A DNA stretch of 64,000 nucleotides from an uncultured Actinomycetota bacterium (GCA_963726615.1 CAVSCX010000006.1:1241-65240); one strand, 5' to 3'; counted from the stretch's first letter, positions 1 through 10,365 are shown. Notes: generated by a model not told the origin, from the letters alone. Translations and numbers: made by a program.

Positions 1-1427
1 GTCACGCCGAGCACGCAGAGGGCGGCACCCGCCAGAAGGCAGAGCACCACGATCCAGTCGGCGTCCCGAACGACGGCGGTCGCCGCGAGCAGACCGCACA
101 GCCCGGCGCAGGAGAGGGTGTACGGCTCGCGGCGGTACGGACTCGCGGCGAGCACGACCACGCCGGCTGCGGCGAGCACGACGAAGGTGCCAAGGCCGAG
201 GTCCCGGAAGGGCAGGACCACGCCGCCGAGCACGCCGGCCCCCACGGCGCCGAGCAGCACGGCCAGCCGGGCGGGAACGCCGCGGTCGGGCCAGAACCCG
301 CCGAAGAGGTCGTCGAGCAGCGGCCGGGCGGGCACGGCTCCGGGCGCCGCGTACGTCGCCGGCGCCGCGGGCGGTGGCAGGGCGGTGGGCATGGTGGTCT
401 CCAGACGCTGCACGGGTCGGTCGGGCGGCTCGAGGGGGAGCTCGACCCGGACGCGGGCGCCCCCGTCGGGCGGCTCCGGGTCGAGGAAGCGGATGCTGCC
501 GCCGTGGAGGTCGGTGACCCATCGGGCGATCGCCAGTCCGAGACCTGTGCCGCCGCCACCCTCGGTGTCGCGCAGGGACCCGAACGGCTCGAAGACCCGC
601 TCGCGGTCCTCGGTTGCGACGCCGGCCCCCTGGTCGTGCACCTCCAGCTGGAGCCGGTCGCCGCGACGGGCGGCGGTGACGAGGACGGTGCCGGCGGCGG
701 GGCTGTGCCGGGACGCGTTGTCGAGCAGGTTGGCCACGAGCTGCCGCAGCCGGGCGGGGTCGGCCCTGACGACGAGATCGGCGGGATCGATGCGCACGTC
801 GTAGTCGACCGAGCGACCGAGCACCTGCGCCTCGGCGACGGCGTCGGCGAGCAACCCGCCGAGCGGGACGTCCTCGGGGGCCAGTGGCGCCTTGCCCGCG
901 TCGACGCGGGCCAGGTCGAGCAGGTCGTCCACGAGCCCGCTCAGACGCTCCGCCTGGGCGAGGGCGGCGGCGAGCGAGTCGGGTTCGCGCGGCGCGACGC
1001 CGTCGACGAGGTTCTCGAGCACGGCGCACAGCGCGGCCAGGGGGGTCCGGAGCTCGTGGCTGACGTTGGCGACGAGCTCCCGGCGCTGGCGATCGACGCC
1101 GGCCAGGTCGCGCGCCATCGTGTTGAAGGCGCGGGCCAGCGCGCCGACCTCGTCGCCTGAGGTCTGGGTGACCCGGACGTCGTAGTCGCCGGTCGCCATC
1201 CGGCGGGCCGCACCGGTCATCTCGCGCAGCGGCGAGATCATGCCGACAGCGAGGAGCTGGGTCACTGCCAGGGCGAGCAGGACCGTCACCGGGATGCTCA
1301 GCCAGACCGGCACGCCGCCGGCCCGGCCGAGGCTCGCGACCGTCACGGCGACCACCACGCTCGCGGTCACCAGCAGGCCGAGCTTCACCTTGAGCGAGGT
1401 GACGCCGGCAAGCGGCTGGACGGTCAC
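1..1427 (-). CDS. HAMP sensor histidine kinase fused in frame to a DUF4153-like membrane domain (runs off the window edge)
   Basis: GTG at 1427 overlaps the regulator stop. Hand translation gives 2 TM, HAMP, H-box VSHELRTP and G2 box GGTGLGLAIA. The frame continues with no stop into MPTALPP... (ATG 392) and a hydrophobic region. Absent from the ORF track because there is no stop in the window. Confidence 0.85.
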   Translation of the reverse strand, partial: MTVQPLAGVTSLKVKLGLLVTASVVVAVTVASLGRAGGVPVWLSIPVTVLLALAVTQLLAVGMISPLREMTGAARRMATGDYDVRVTQTSGDEVGALARAFNTMARDLAGVDRQRRELVANVSHELRTPLAALCAVLENLVDGVAPREPDSLAAALAQAERLSGLVDDLLDLARVDAGKAPLAPEDVPLGGLLADAVAEAQVLGRSVDYDVRIDPADLVVRADPARLRQLVANLLDNASRHSPAAGTVLVTAARRGDRLQLEVHDQGAGVATEDRERVFEPFGSLRDTEGGGGTGLGLAIARWVTDLHGGSIRFLDPEPPDGGARVRVELPLEPPDRPVQRLETTMPTALPPPAAPATYAAPGAVPARPLLDDLFGGFWPDRGVPARLAVLLGAVGAGVLGGVVLPFRDLGLGTFVVLAAAGVVVLAASPYRREPYTLSCAGLCGLLAATAVVRDADWIVVLCLLAGAALCVLGV

Positions 1428-2116
1428 GGCGATCTCTCGGTCTCGATCGCGTACCCGACGCCGTGGACCGTGCGGATGAGCTCGGCGCCGACCTTGGCGC
1501 GCAGGCCCTTGATGTGGCTGTCGACGGTGCGCGTGCCGGACGCACCGGCCCAGCCCCAGACCTCGGCCATCAGACGCTCGCGGGTCACGACCGCGCCGGG
1601 GCTGGCCGCCAGGCAGAGCAGCAGGTCGAACTCGGTCGGCGTCAGGCGGACCTCGTCCTGGCCGAGCCACACCCGGCGGGCCGCGCCGTCCACGCGGAGA
1701 CGCCCGAGCTCGAGAGCGCGCCGGCCGACGAGCTCGGCCGCGCGCTCGACCCGACGCAGGAGGGCGCCGACCCGGGCGACGAGCTCACGCATCCGGAACG
1801 GCTTGGTGAGGTAGTCGTCCGCCCCCAGTCCGAGCCCGACCAGGACGTCGGCCTCGTCGGTGCGAGCCGTGAGCATCAGCACCGGCACCGGCCGGTCGGC
1901 CTGGATGCGGCGGCACACCTCGTGCCCGTCGTACCCCGGCAGCATGACGTCGAGCACGACGAGGTCCGGGGAGTGCTCGGCATACGCGGCAACTGCTCCC
2001 GGTCCGTCCCAGGCGCGCACGACGTCGTACGCCTCGGCCGCGAGCCGGTCGGAGACGGCCTGGTTGATGACCGGGTCGTCCTCGACGACGAGGACCTTCC
2101 GGCTCGCGCTGCTCAT
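1424..2116 (-). CDS. OmpR-family response regulator
   Basis: VLVVEDD, LDVMLPG, GADDYLTKPF; winged-helix end IRTVHGVGY. Confidence 0.95.
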   Translation of the reverse strand: MSSASRKVLVVEDDPVINQAVSDRLAAEAYDVVRAWDGPGAVAAYAEHSPDLVVLDVMLPGYDGHEVCRRIQADRPVPVLMLTARTDEADVLVGLGLGADDYLTKPFRMRELVARVGALLRRVERAAELVGRRALELGRLRVDGAARRVWLGQDEVRLTPTEFDLLLCLAASPGAVVTRERLMAEVWGWAGASGTRTVDSHIKGLRAKVGAELIRTVHGVGYAIETERSP

Positions 2117-2160
2117 GCCCGAAGGCTACGAGCGCGAGCGGTCAGCAGAGGGGGGCGACG

Positions 2161-2178
2161 TGTGCAGGTTCTGTGCAG
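2161..2178. promoter_or_regulatory. Direct repeat TGTGCAG-N4-TGTGCAG, candidate OmpR-family site
   Basis: 11-bp-period repeat upstream of the response regulator. Confidence 0.45.
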
Positions 2179-2232
2179 ATCGGCCCGGACGCCACGGTCC
2201 GGCGGCTGCCGAGACCGGGTCGATCGGTCGGT

Positions 2233-2249
2233 TCTCAGCGCGCTCTCAG
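2233..2249 (+). promoter_or_regulatory. MprA-box-like direct repeat TCTCAG-N5-TCTCAG
   Basis: Exact hexamer repeat 24 nt upstream of the phosphoesterase start. Confidence 0.5.
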
Positions 2250-2272
2250 CATGATCCGGGGATCATGTGTGC

Positions 2273-3223
2273 ATGGGACGCCGCCTGCCTGTCGCCGTGG
2301 CTTTGGCCGGTGTCGCCCTGGTGGCTGCGGCCGCGGTGGGCACCCAGGCCGCGACGGGCGCCGGCTGGCCGTGGTCGCCGCAGCCCGCGACAGTCTCTCC
2401 GGCGGCGACCGCCCCGGCCGCTCCGGGCTCCTCCGCGGCCACGGAGCCCGCTCCGCCGGTCAGCGGCGAGCCGCTCGTCCGGCTGGCGGTCGCCGGTGAC
2501 ACCGGCACCGGCGGTGAGGCCCAGCACGAGACCGCAGCGGTGATGGACGCAGCGGACGATGCCGACCCCTACGACGGGTTGTTGCTCCTGGGGGACCTCA
2601 TTTACGAGAACGGCAACCCCGACCTGCTCGGCGAGAGGCTGCTCGACCCGTTTGCGCCTGTCCTCGACACCGGCACCGAGCTCGTCCCCGTTCTGGGGAA
2701 CCACGACATCCGGCGCGGCAAGGAGGACGAGATCCTCGCCGCCCTGGGCCGGGACCAGCGCTGGTACGTCCACCGGATCGGTCCGCTCAAGATCGTCGCG
2801 CTCGACTCCAACAGCGCCGACGACCGGGAGCAGACGCGGTGGCTGGAGGACACCCTCGCCGAGCCCGAACCCGAAGGGACCTGGACGATCGCCGCGATGC
2901 ACCACCCGGCGTACTCGGCGGGGGAGCACGGCTCCGATCGCGACGTCCAGCGGAACTGGGCCCCGCTCTTCAGCCGCTACGGCGTCCCCCTCGTCTTCGC
3001 CGGCCACGACCACGACTACCAGCGCTCGCACCCGCAGGACGGTGTGACCTACGTGGTGTCCGGTGGCGGGGCCAAGCTCCGGGACACCGGCCGGCAGGAC
3101 TTCACGGCCGTGAGCGCTTCCGTCCTGCACTACGTGGACCTGCTGGTCTATGACGACCGCCTCGTCGGGCGCGCCATCGACCACGCGGGCAACCTGGTCG
3201 ACGAGTTCACCCTCACCCGCTGA
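2273..3223 (+). CDS. Secreted calcineurin-like metallophosphoesterase
   Basis: Signal peptide; GD, GDxxY, GNHD, HHP and GHDH motifs. Confidence 0.9.
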   Translation: MGRRLPVAVALAGVALVAAAAVGTQAATGAGWPWSPQPATVSPAATAPAAPGSSAATEPAPPVSGEPLVRLAVAGDTGTGGEAQHETAAVMDAADDADPYDGLLLLGDLIYENGNPDLLGERLLDPFAPVLDTGTELVPVLGNHDIRRGKEDEILAALGRDQRWYVHRIGPLKIVALDSNSADDREQTRWLEDTLAEPEPEGTWTIAAMHHPAYSAGEHGSDRDVQRNWAPLFSRYGVPLVFAGHDHDYQRSHPQDGVTYVVSGGGAKLRDTGRQDFTAVSASVLHYVDLLVYDDRLVGRAIDHAGNLVDEFTLTR

Positions 3224-3249
3224 GTCGACCCACCCGCTCGCGGCGCGGC

Positions 3250-4260
3250 TCAGGCGGTGAACAGGGCGCTGTACGCGTTGAGGGCCGGCTGACCACCCAG
3301 GTGCGCGTACAGCACGGTGGAGTCCCTGCCGATGTCGCCGTCCCGCACGAGGTCGATGAGCCCGGCCATCGACTTCCCTTCGTACACCGGGTCGATGATC
3401 ATGCCCTCCAGCGCTCCGGTGAGGCGGATGGCGTCGAGGGTCGACTGCACCGGGACGCCGTACAGGTCACCTGCCCACCCCGCCAGCACGGTGATTTCTT
3501 CGTCGCGCAGCTCCCGGCCCAGCCCGATCAGGTCGGCCGTGCTGCGAGCGATCCGCTCGACCTGCTGGCGGGTCTCGTCGATCTTCGCCGAGGCGTCGAT
3601 GCCGATGACCCGCCGGGGCCGGTCCTGCCCCGCGAAGCCGGCGATCATCCCGGCGTGGGTCGATCCCGTGACCGAGCACACCACGACAGTGTCGAAGAAG
3701 ACGCCGAGCTCCTGCTCCTGGTGTGCCAGCTCGTCGGCCCAGCTCGCGAACCCCAGCCCACCGAGGCGGTGGTCTGACGCGCCGGCGGGGATGCCGTACG
3801 GAGTACCGCCGCGGCGCCGGACGTCCTCGAGCGCGGTGTTCCAGCTGTCCTTGAAGCCGATCCCGAAGCCGGCTGGGTCCAGCCGCACCTCAGCACCCAT
3901 GATCCGCGAGAGCATGATGTTCCCGACCCGGTCGTTGACGCAGTCCGGCCAGTCCACCCAGTTCTCCTGGACGAGGAGCGCTTTCAGCCCCATCTTGGCG
4001 GCGAGCGCGGCGACCTGACGGGTGTGGTTCGACTGGTAGCCGCCGATCGACACCAGGGTGTCGGCACCCTGTGCGATCACGTCCGGGGCGATGTACTCCA
4101 GCTTGCGGGTCTTGTTGCCGCCGTAGGCGAGTCCACTGTTGCAGTCCTCCCGCTTGGCCCAGATCTGCGCGCCGCCGAGGTGCGCGCTGAGCCGCTCCAG
4201 CCGATGGACCGGGCTCGGACCGAACAGCAACGGGTAGCGAGGGAAGTCCTGCAGCGCCAT
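3250..4260 (-). CDS. acdS: 1-aminocyclopropane-1-carboxylate deaminase
   Basis: [39 protein letters not shown] and AHLGG, with the diagnostic Glu/Leu. Confidence 0.95.
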   Translation of the reverse strand: MALQDFPRYPLLFGPSPVHRLERLSAHLGGAQIWAKREDCNSGLAYGGNKTRKLEYIAPDVIAQGADTLVSIGGYQSNHTRQVAALAAKMGLKALLVQENWVDWPDCVNDRVGNIMLSRIMGAEVRLDPAGFGIGFKDSWNTALEDVRRRGGTPYGIPAGASDHRLGGLGFASWADELAHQEQELGVFFDTVVVCSVTGSTHAGMIAGFAGQDRPRRVIGIDASAKIDETRQQVERIARSTADLIGLGRELRDEEITVLAGWAGDLYGVPVQSTLDAIRLTGALEGMIIDPVYEGKSMAGLIDLVRDGDIGRDSTVLYAHLGGQPALNAYSALFTA

Positions 4261-4619
4261 GGGGTCTCCTGCGGTCGGGTGGGTCGATCCTGCCCGGTCG
4301 GCCGACCGTGGCCCGACCCGGGCTTTCGACCGCGACCTGGCGCCGCTCCGGCATCCTCGCGGTGCGGGCCGCTACTATGGCCGGAGCACCAACAGGGCAC
4401 GGCGCTGGTGTGGCGACGACGCTCGATGCGCGGCTGGCCCCACCCGGGCAAGCCGCCGGCGCGGAGGCATCGATCTCTCGGGATTCCCGGGACCGGTGCA
4501 CAGCCGGAGCAGCCGGCAGGGACGGACCTTCGCCCCACGTCTGTCGGCCCGGCCACTGGACGGCGCACGAGTACGTCTTTCCGCCGCGGCGAGCGCCGCG
4601 CGCTCCGGAGGAGGGGTTT

Positions 4620-6767
4620 GTGGCTCGAGAAGGCCAGCGCTCATCGGGTGCTCGCCGTACCGCCCCGCGCAACCAGCGACGGGGCCGCGACCGCGACAAC
4701 GAGGGCATCATCCCGGTGCTCGCCCGCGCGGTGCGCGAGGTCGAGGCCGCGGCCGAGCGCGGGCGGGTGAGGCCATCGGTGCGTACGAAGTTCCAGGCCG
4801 TCGCACTGCTGGTGCGCCAGGAGCGTGCCCGGGTCCGGGCGGACGGCTCCATCGGCGACACGCACCGCGGTGAGATGCTCAAGCGGCTCGACGGCGTCGC
4901 CACCATCCTCGCCAAGGCAGCGGTCCGGGACGCCGCGCTCCTCTCCCTCCTCGCCGACGACGCCGTGGTCTCCGGCGCAGCCGCCTCGCTCGCGCGGGAC
5001 ATGCAGCGGGACGCCGGGATCGAGTCGGTCGCTGACGAGGCCGCGCCGCCGGAGCCCGTGGCGGCCGCGGCCACCACCGAGCGTCGGGTCGTGCCGCAGT
5101 CCGTCGTCTCACGGCAGCTCGCCAACCCGTTCCTCGCCCCGGACTTCAGCACCGTCCGGCAGCGTGCCGCCCCCGCCCGGCGCCTGGCCAGCTGGGAGCT
5201 GCTCGGCCCGCTCTTCAGCTCGTTCGAACGCGCCGGCGGCGGCGCCTCGACGGGCATGACGCTGCCCGCGGCTTCCTCCCTCCGCGCGGCGGGCGGCCTC
5301 ACACTGATGCCGCACCAGGCCGGGCTGATCGCCGCCGCCGCTGCCGGCCACCGGACGTTCCTGCTGGCGGACGAGCCGGGCCTGGGCAAGACCGCGCAGG
5401 CGCTGCTCGCCGCGCAGGCGGCAGACGCCTATCCGCTGCTCGCCGTCGTGCCGAACGTCGTCAAGACCAACTGGGCCCGTGAGGCCGGTCTCTGGACCCC
5501 CAGCCGCAAGGCCACCGTGATCCACGGCGACGGCGAGACGGTGGACGGCTTCGCCGACATCGTGATCGTCAACTACGAGGTGCTCGACCGGCACGTGGGC
5601 TGGCTCGGTGACCTCGGCTTCCGCAGCATGGTCGTCGACGAGGCGCACTTCATCAAGAACAAGTCATCTCAGCGCTCACAGCACGTGCTGGAGCTCTCCG
5701 AGCGGATGCGGGCCCGGGCCGCGCGCCCCTTGCTGATGGCCCTCACCGGGACCCCGCTGATCAACGACATCGAGGACTTCCGGGCGATCTGGCAGTTCCT
5801 CGGCTGGATCGACGACAAGAAGCCGCTCGCGGAGCTCATGCACGCCCTGGAGGAGACCGGCCTGACGCCGGAGGACCCCGCCTTCTACCCTGCGGCTCGC
5901 CGCTGCGTGGTCGACCTCGGCATCGTCCGGCGCCGCAAGGTCGACGTGGCCGCCGACATCCCCGCACGGCGCGTGGCCGACCTGCCGGTCGAGCTCGACG
6001 ACGCGGTCGGCCGCTCGATCCGGGAGGCAGAGCGTGACCTTGCGCGCCGCCTGGTGTCTCAGTACGACCGCGCGCTGGCGAGGCGGGCGTCCGGTCCCGC
6101 CGAGGGGACGGGCCACGACGGCATCGACCACGATCTGGTGCGAAGGATCGCCACCAGGGAGCGCAAGGCGTCGTCCGAGGCGAAGACCGGCGAGAACGTG
6201 TTCAGCATGATGCGGCGCATCGGCCAGGCGAAAGCCGGCCTCAGCGCCGACTACGCCGCACAGCTGGCCCGCAGCGCCGGCAAGGTCGTCTTCTTCGCCA
6301 AGCACATCGACGTCATGGACGTCGCGGAGGAGGCCTTCACCAAACGAGGGATCCGTTTCTCGTCGATCCGTGGCGACCAGACCCGGACGTCTCGTCAGAA
6401 GAACATCGACGCCTTCACGAACGACCCCGACGTCCACATCGCGGTCTGCTCTCTCACCGCCGCCGGCGTGGGCATCAACCTGCAGGTCGCCTCCAACATC
6501 GTGCTTGCCGAGCTCTCGTGGACGGACGCGGAGCAGACCCAGGCGATCGACCGGAGCCATCGCATCGGTCAGACGGAGCCGGTCACGGCATGGCGCATCA
6601 TCGCCGCCCAGACAATCGACGCGAGGATCGCCGAGCTGATCGACAGCAAGGCGGGACTGGCCGCCCGGGCGCTCGACGGCGCCGAGGACGTCGAGTTCTC
6701 CTCTGCCGACGTGCAGCTCGAGGCCATCGTCGCGCTGTTGACCGACGCGCTGGCGGCCCGGCAGTAG
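4620..6767 (+). CDS. SNF2-like DEAD/DEAH-box helicase
   Basis: LADEPGLGKT, DEAH, TGTP, QAIDRSHRIGQ; GTG 4620 after GGAGGAGG. Confidence 0.9.
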   Translation: MAREGQRSSGARRTAPRNQRRGRDRDNEGIIPVLARAVREVEAAAERGRVRPSVRTKFQAVALLVRQERARVRADGSIGDTHRGEMLKRLDGVATILAKAAVRDAALLSLLADDAVVSGAAASLARDMQRDAGIESVADEAAPPEPVAAAATTERRVVPQSVVSRQLANPFLAPDFSTVRQRAAPARRLASWELLGPLFSSFERAGGGASTGMTLPAASSLRAAGGLTLMPHQAGLIAAAAAGHRTFLLADEPGLGKTAQALLAAQAADAYPLLAVVPNVVKTNWAREAGLWTPSRKATVIHGDGETVDGFADIVIVNYEVLDRHVGWLGDLGFRSMVVDEAHFIKNKSSQRSQHVLELSERMRARAARPLLMALTGTPLINDIEDFRAIWQFLGWIDDKKPLAELMHALEETGLTPEDPAFYPAARRCVVDLGIVRRRKVDVAADIPARRVADLPVELDDAVGRSIREAERDLARRLVSQYDRALARRASGPAEGTGHDGIDHDLVRRIATRERKASSEAKTGENVFSMMRRIGQAKAGLSADYAAQLARSAGKVVFFAKHIDVMDVAEEAFTKRGIRFSSIRGDQTRTSRQKNIDAFTNDPDVHIAVCSLTAAGVGINLQVASNIVLAELSWTDAEQTQAIDRSHRIGQTEPVTAWRIIAAQTIDARIAELIDSKAGLAARALDGAEDVEFSSADVQLEAIVALLTDALAARQ

Positions 6768-6782
6768 CCACCCCGTCAGCCC

Positions 6783-6883
6783 GTCCGAGTCGCATCCCGG
6801 CACCAACGACGGCGCAATGCTGCGCCGTGCCCGGTTCCAGGCCCACGGAGCGAGTTGCTCCGTCGTTGGTGTCGCCGTCGGAC
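6783..6883. repeat. Long imperfect palindrome (REP/MITE-like) between convergent genes
   Basis: 6798-6817 matches the reverse complement of 6855-6874 at 18/20; outer GTCCGA/TCGGAC; internal sub-hairpins. Confidence 0.7.
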
Positions 6884-6944
6884 TCTCGGGTCCCTGGACC
6901 GCGGCCCTCGTGGTCGCCGCCGGCTCCCGGCCGAGCGCCCTGCG

Positions 6945-7757
6945 TCAGCGTGAGGACGTTCCGGCCGAGCCCCCCTGCTCGACCGACACGTACTCCTGGA
7001 CTCGCTGGGCCCAGAGGCGGATCGACGGACCGTTCAGCGCCATGTCGGATGTGCTCGGCCAGTCGGCGTACATCGTCGCCGCGTCCCGAGGGTGAGCCTC
7101 GGACACCCAGGTGGCAAACGGCTCCCACATCTGCGCGGAGAAGCCGTTGGACTCGAAGTCGAGCTGCTGCTCCACCGCGGTAATCTTCCCGTCCAGGACG
7201 GTGATGTTGAACTGGCTGTTGGCGAACGGCCCGCGGCCCAGCTCGTCGGAGCCCAGCGCGTGGTAGTCGAACGTGCACACCACGTTGGTGGTCCCGGACA
7301 GCGTGCTAGACATCCTGTCGCAGGAGTCGACCAGCAGCAGGTACCGGACGGCCTCCATCCAGCGGTTGCCGGCACGCCAGACGTCGAAGCCACGCTCGTC
7401 CCGCCAGATCGACACGTAGGCGTCGGGGGCCAGGTACGACGCGGCGCGATCCCGGTCGAAGGACCCGTAGGCGTCGAGGAAAGCCGCTGCCACCTCGGTC
7501 GAGGAGGCAGGCGGCGCGACGGCCTTGGTCCGGTCGAGGTCCAGGCCGCTCGTCCAGACGACGAGCACGACCGCAGCCGCGGCGGCGGCGGCGACCAGGG
7601 CCCTGGTGCCCCAACGACGATGGCGACGAGCGACCTCGTGCTCCGCGTCGACCAGCAGGGTCTGCAACTGCTCTTCGGTGCGTGTGTGGCTCATGGCGTT
7701 CTCCGCATGTTGGTGGAGCACCGCGGTCAGCCGGCGCTCCAGGTCTGAGGTGGTCAT
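6945..7757 (-). CDS. Single-TM protein, probable anti-sigma factor
   Basis: ATGA overlap with the ECF gene; DLERRLTAVL N-terminus, one TM, extracytoplasmic domain. Confidence 0.7.
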   Translation of the reverse strand: MTTSDLERRLTAVLHQHAENAMSHTRTEEQLQTLLVDAEHEVARRHRRWGTRALVAAAAAAAVVLVVWTSGLDLDRTKAVAPPASSTEVAAAFLDAYGSFDRDRAASYLAPDAYVSIWRDERGFDVWRAGNRWMEAVRYLLLVDSCDRMSSTLSGTTNVVCTFDYHALGSDELGRGPFANSQFNITVLDGKITAVEQQLDFESNGFSAQMWEPFATWVSEAHPRDAATMYADWPSTSDMALNGPSIRLWAQRVQEYVSVEQGGSAGTSSR

Positions 7758-8311
7758 GGCGCGACCTCCAGGCAGCGAGCGAGCGCGGCCAGGCCGCGGC
7801 TGGCGTGCCGCTTGACCGAGCCGCGCGACACCTCGAGCGTGCCGGCGATCTCCGCCTCGCTCTGGTCGAGGTAGTAGCGCAGAACCAGCACCTGCCGCTG
7901 CCGTACCGGCAGGTGGGTGATGGCCTGCCAGAGGCGGTCCGCCTGATCGTGCTGGACGGCGTCCTGCTCGGCCGACGGCAGTCCTTCGGGACGTGGCGTC
8001 AAGCGGAGCAGCGAGGAGGTGACCCGCCGCCCGTGGCGGAGCTGGTCGCGACCGCCGTTGACGACTGCGCGGTTCAGGTACGCGACCGCTGCCTGCGGGT
8101 CGCGCAGTGTCCGCCACCTGCGGTACAGGCCCATGAACGCCTCCTGCACCACGTCCTCAGCGGTCTCCCGGTCATCGACGAGCAGAGAGGCGAGCCCGAC
8201 CAGGCGGCGGTGGTGGACGAGGAACAGGCCCGCGACCGCGTCGCTGCGCTCGACCGGCTGCGGTTGGTCCGCCGGCTCGGTCTCGCGCACCCGACCCACT
8301 CCGTTCACCAC
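7754..8311 (-). CDS. ECF sigma factor (SigE-like family)
   Basis: AEDVVQEAF; LPVRQRQVLVLRYYLDQSEAEIA...GSVKRHASRG. Confidence 0.92.
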   Translation of the reverse strand: MVNGVGRVRETEPADQPQPVERSDAVAGLFLVHHRRLVGLASLLVDDRETAEDVVQEAFMGLYRRWRTLRDPQAAVAYLNRAVVNGGRDQLRHGRRVTSSLLRLTPRPEGLPSAEQDAVQHDQADRLWQAITHLPVRQRQVLVLRYYLDQSEAEIAGTLEVSRGSVKRHASRGLAALARCLEVAP

Positions 8312-8316
8312 GGATC

Positions 8317-8341
8317 AGACGACTCAGCGTCGCGCCGGTTG
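8317..8341 (-). promoter_or_regulatory. ECF-type promoter CAAC-N16-CGTCT (probably autoregulatory, leaderless)
   Basis: Lies immediately before the ECF GTG start. Confidence 0.55.
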
Positions 8342-8596
8342 ACAGCGGCATCAAGGTCCGTGGACCGGGCTGGGCCGGTCCGTGCGCTCCGCGACCTCCT
8401 CACACCAGGCCCGGGCGGCACCGGCCGGCATCCGGCGAAAGATTGCAGACGGTGGTGTAAAGGTCCGCGTCAGGTGGTACGTCCCCGACGGCGACGGCTC
8501 CCGTGCCCCCCTTGCCAGGTGTCCCCCTCCCGCCCCGGCAGTAGGGGACGAGCCGTGGAGCCGTCGCCGATCTCGTGCGGTGCGCGCCATCGGGCC

Positions 8597-8863
8597 TCAG
8601 GCAGGAGGCGCCAGCGGGTTCGTCCCGCCCTGCGTGAGCTGGGCTGCCCGCGACTCGCTCGGCATCAGGATCCACAGCGCCGGGTAGACGAGCAGCTGGC
8701 TGCCGGGTACGACGAGCAGCAGCAGCACGAACAGGAACCGGGACGGCCACGGCTCGATGCCGATCCGCCGGCCGAGGCCGGCGGCCACGCCGCCCAGCAC
8801 CTTGTCGTTGCGGGCGCGGACCAGCCCGTGCTGGGCGAAGGTGCGGTGAAGGTTGTCCATCAT
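8597..8863 (-). CDS. PspC domain protein
   Basis: R..NDKVLGGVAAGLG...YPALWILMP. Confidence 0.9.
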   Translation of the reverse strand: MMDNLHRTFAQHGLVRARNDKVLGGVAAGLGRRIGIEPWPSRFLFVLLLLVVPGSQLLVYPALWILMPSESRAAQLTQGGTNPLAPPA

Positions 8864-9151
8864 GTTCGATCCTGAGTCCTGTCGCAGTCGCCGTGCCGCC
8901 GGTCGGCGGCACGCGTGTACCTGGGTACGGGATCCACGATGGACCCCGGGCCACCCCGTGTGCATCGGGGACCGACCCTGGTCGGACCCCGGCTTCGCCG
9001 CGGGACCGACTCAGGGGCGGCGACCAGCACGTGGGCGCCTCGGGTGCTGTCCCGATGGTCCGACCGCGGGCCGGGCAGTCGGTGTGTCGTTATCGAGTCC
9101 GACACGACCGCCTACCGGCGAGGAGGCGCCCAGCACAGGAGAATGCCCGGC

Positions 9152-10365
9152 ATGGCGAAACCCCTGACCAGCGCGCAGCACATCGACCTCACCGAGCGGT
9201 ACGCGGCGCACAACTACCACCCGCTCCCGGTCGTGCTCAGCCACGGCGACGGGGCATGGGTCACCGACGTCGAGGGCGAGCGCTACCTCGACTGTCTTGC
9301 CGGCTACTCCGCGCTGAACTTCGGCCACCAGAACCCGCGGCTGGTAGCCCGGGCCCAGGAACAGCTGCATCGGCTGACCCTCACCAGCCGGGCCTTCTAC
9401 AACGACCAGCTCGGCATCTTCGCGGAGGCTCTGGCGCGCCTGGTGGGCAAGGACATGATCCTGCCGATGAACTCGGGAGCCGAGGCAGTCGAGACCGCCC
9501 TGAAGGTGGCCCGCAAGTGGGGCGTCCGGGTCAAGGGCGTGTCGGCCGACCGGGGGCGCATCATCGTCATGGACGGCAACTTCCACGGCCGGACGACGAC
9601 CATCGTCGGCTTCAGCAGTGACGACGATGCCCGCCGTGACTACGGCCCGTTCACGCCGGGCTTCGACCCGGTGCCCTTCGGCAAGGCGGTCGCCGTCGGC
9701 GACGCACTCACCGAGGACACCGTGGCCGTGCTCCTCGAGCCGATCCAGGGAGAGGGCGGGGTCCTCATCCCGCCGCCGGGCTTCCTCCGACAGGTGCGCG
9801 AGATCTGCGACCGGAACGGCATCCTGCTCATCGCCGACGAGATCCAGTCCGGGCTCGCGCGCACCGGACGCACCCTCGCCGTCGCGCACGAGGACGTGCA
9901 GCCCGACATCGTGATCCTGGGGAAGGCCCTCGGCGGGGGGATCCTCCCGGTGTCCGCCATCGCAGCTGACTCCTCCGTCCTGGGCGTGATCACGCCCGGC
10001 ACCCACGGCTCGACTTTCGGTGGCAACCCGCTTGCCGCCGCAGTGGGGCACGAGGTGTGCCTCATGCTCGAGACCGGCGAGTTCCAGGCGCGCGCCTCGG
10101 AGCTGGGGGGCCGGTTGGAGGCCGGCCTGCTCGGTCTCGGCTCCGACGCGATCCGCGAGGTGCGCTGCCGCGGCCTGTGGGCAGGGATCGACCTCGACCC
10201 CGCGGTGATGACCGGACGTCAGCTCTGCGACGGCCTCCTCGCACATCACGTGCTGGCCAAGGACACTCATGGCTCGACGATCCGGCTCGCCCCGCCGTTG
10301 GTCTGCTCCGCCGACGACATCGACCTGCTCGTCGAGGCGATCGGCACTGTGCTTGCAAGCAGTCC

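Noticed and set aside
4620-6767. SNF2 helicase as an anti-phage system
   Set aside because: No nuclease, methylase or other defence partner nearby; housekeeping-like context.
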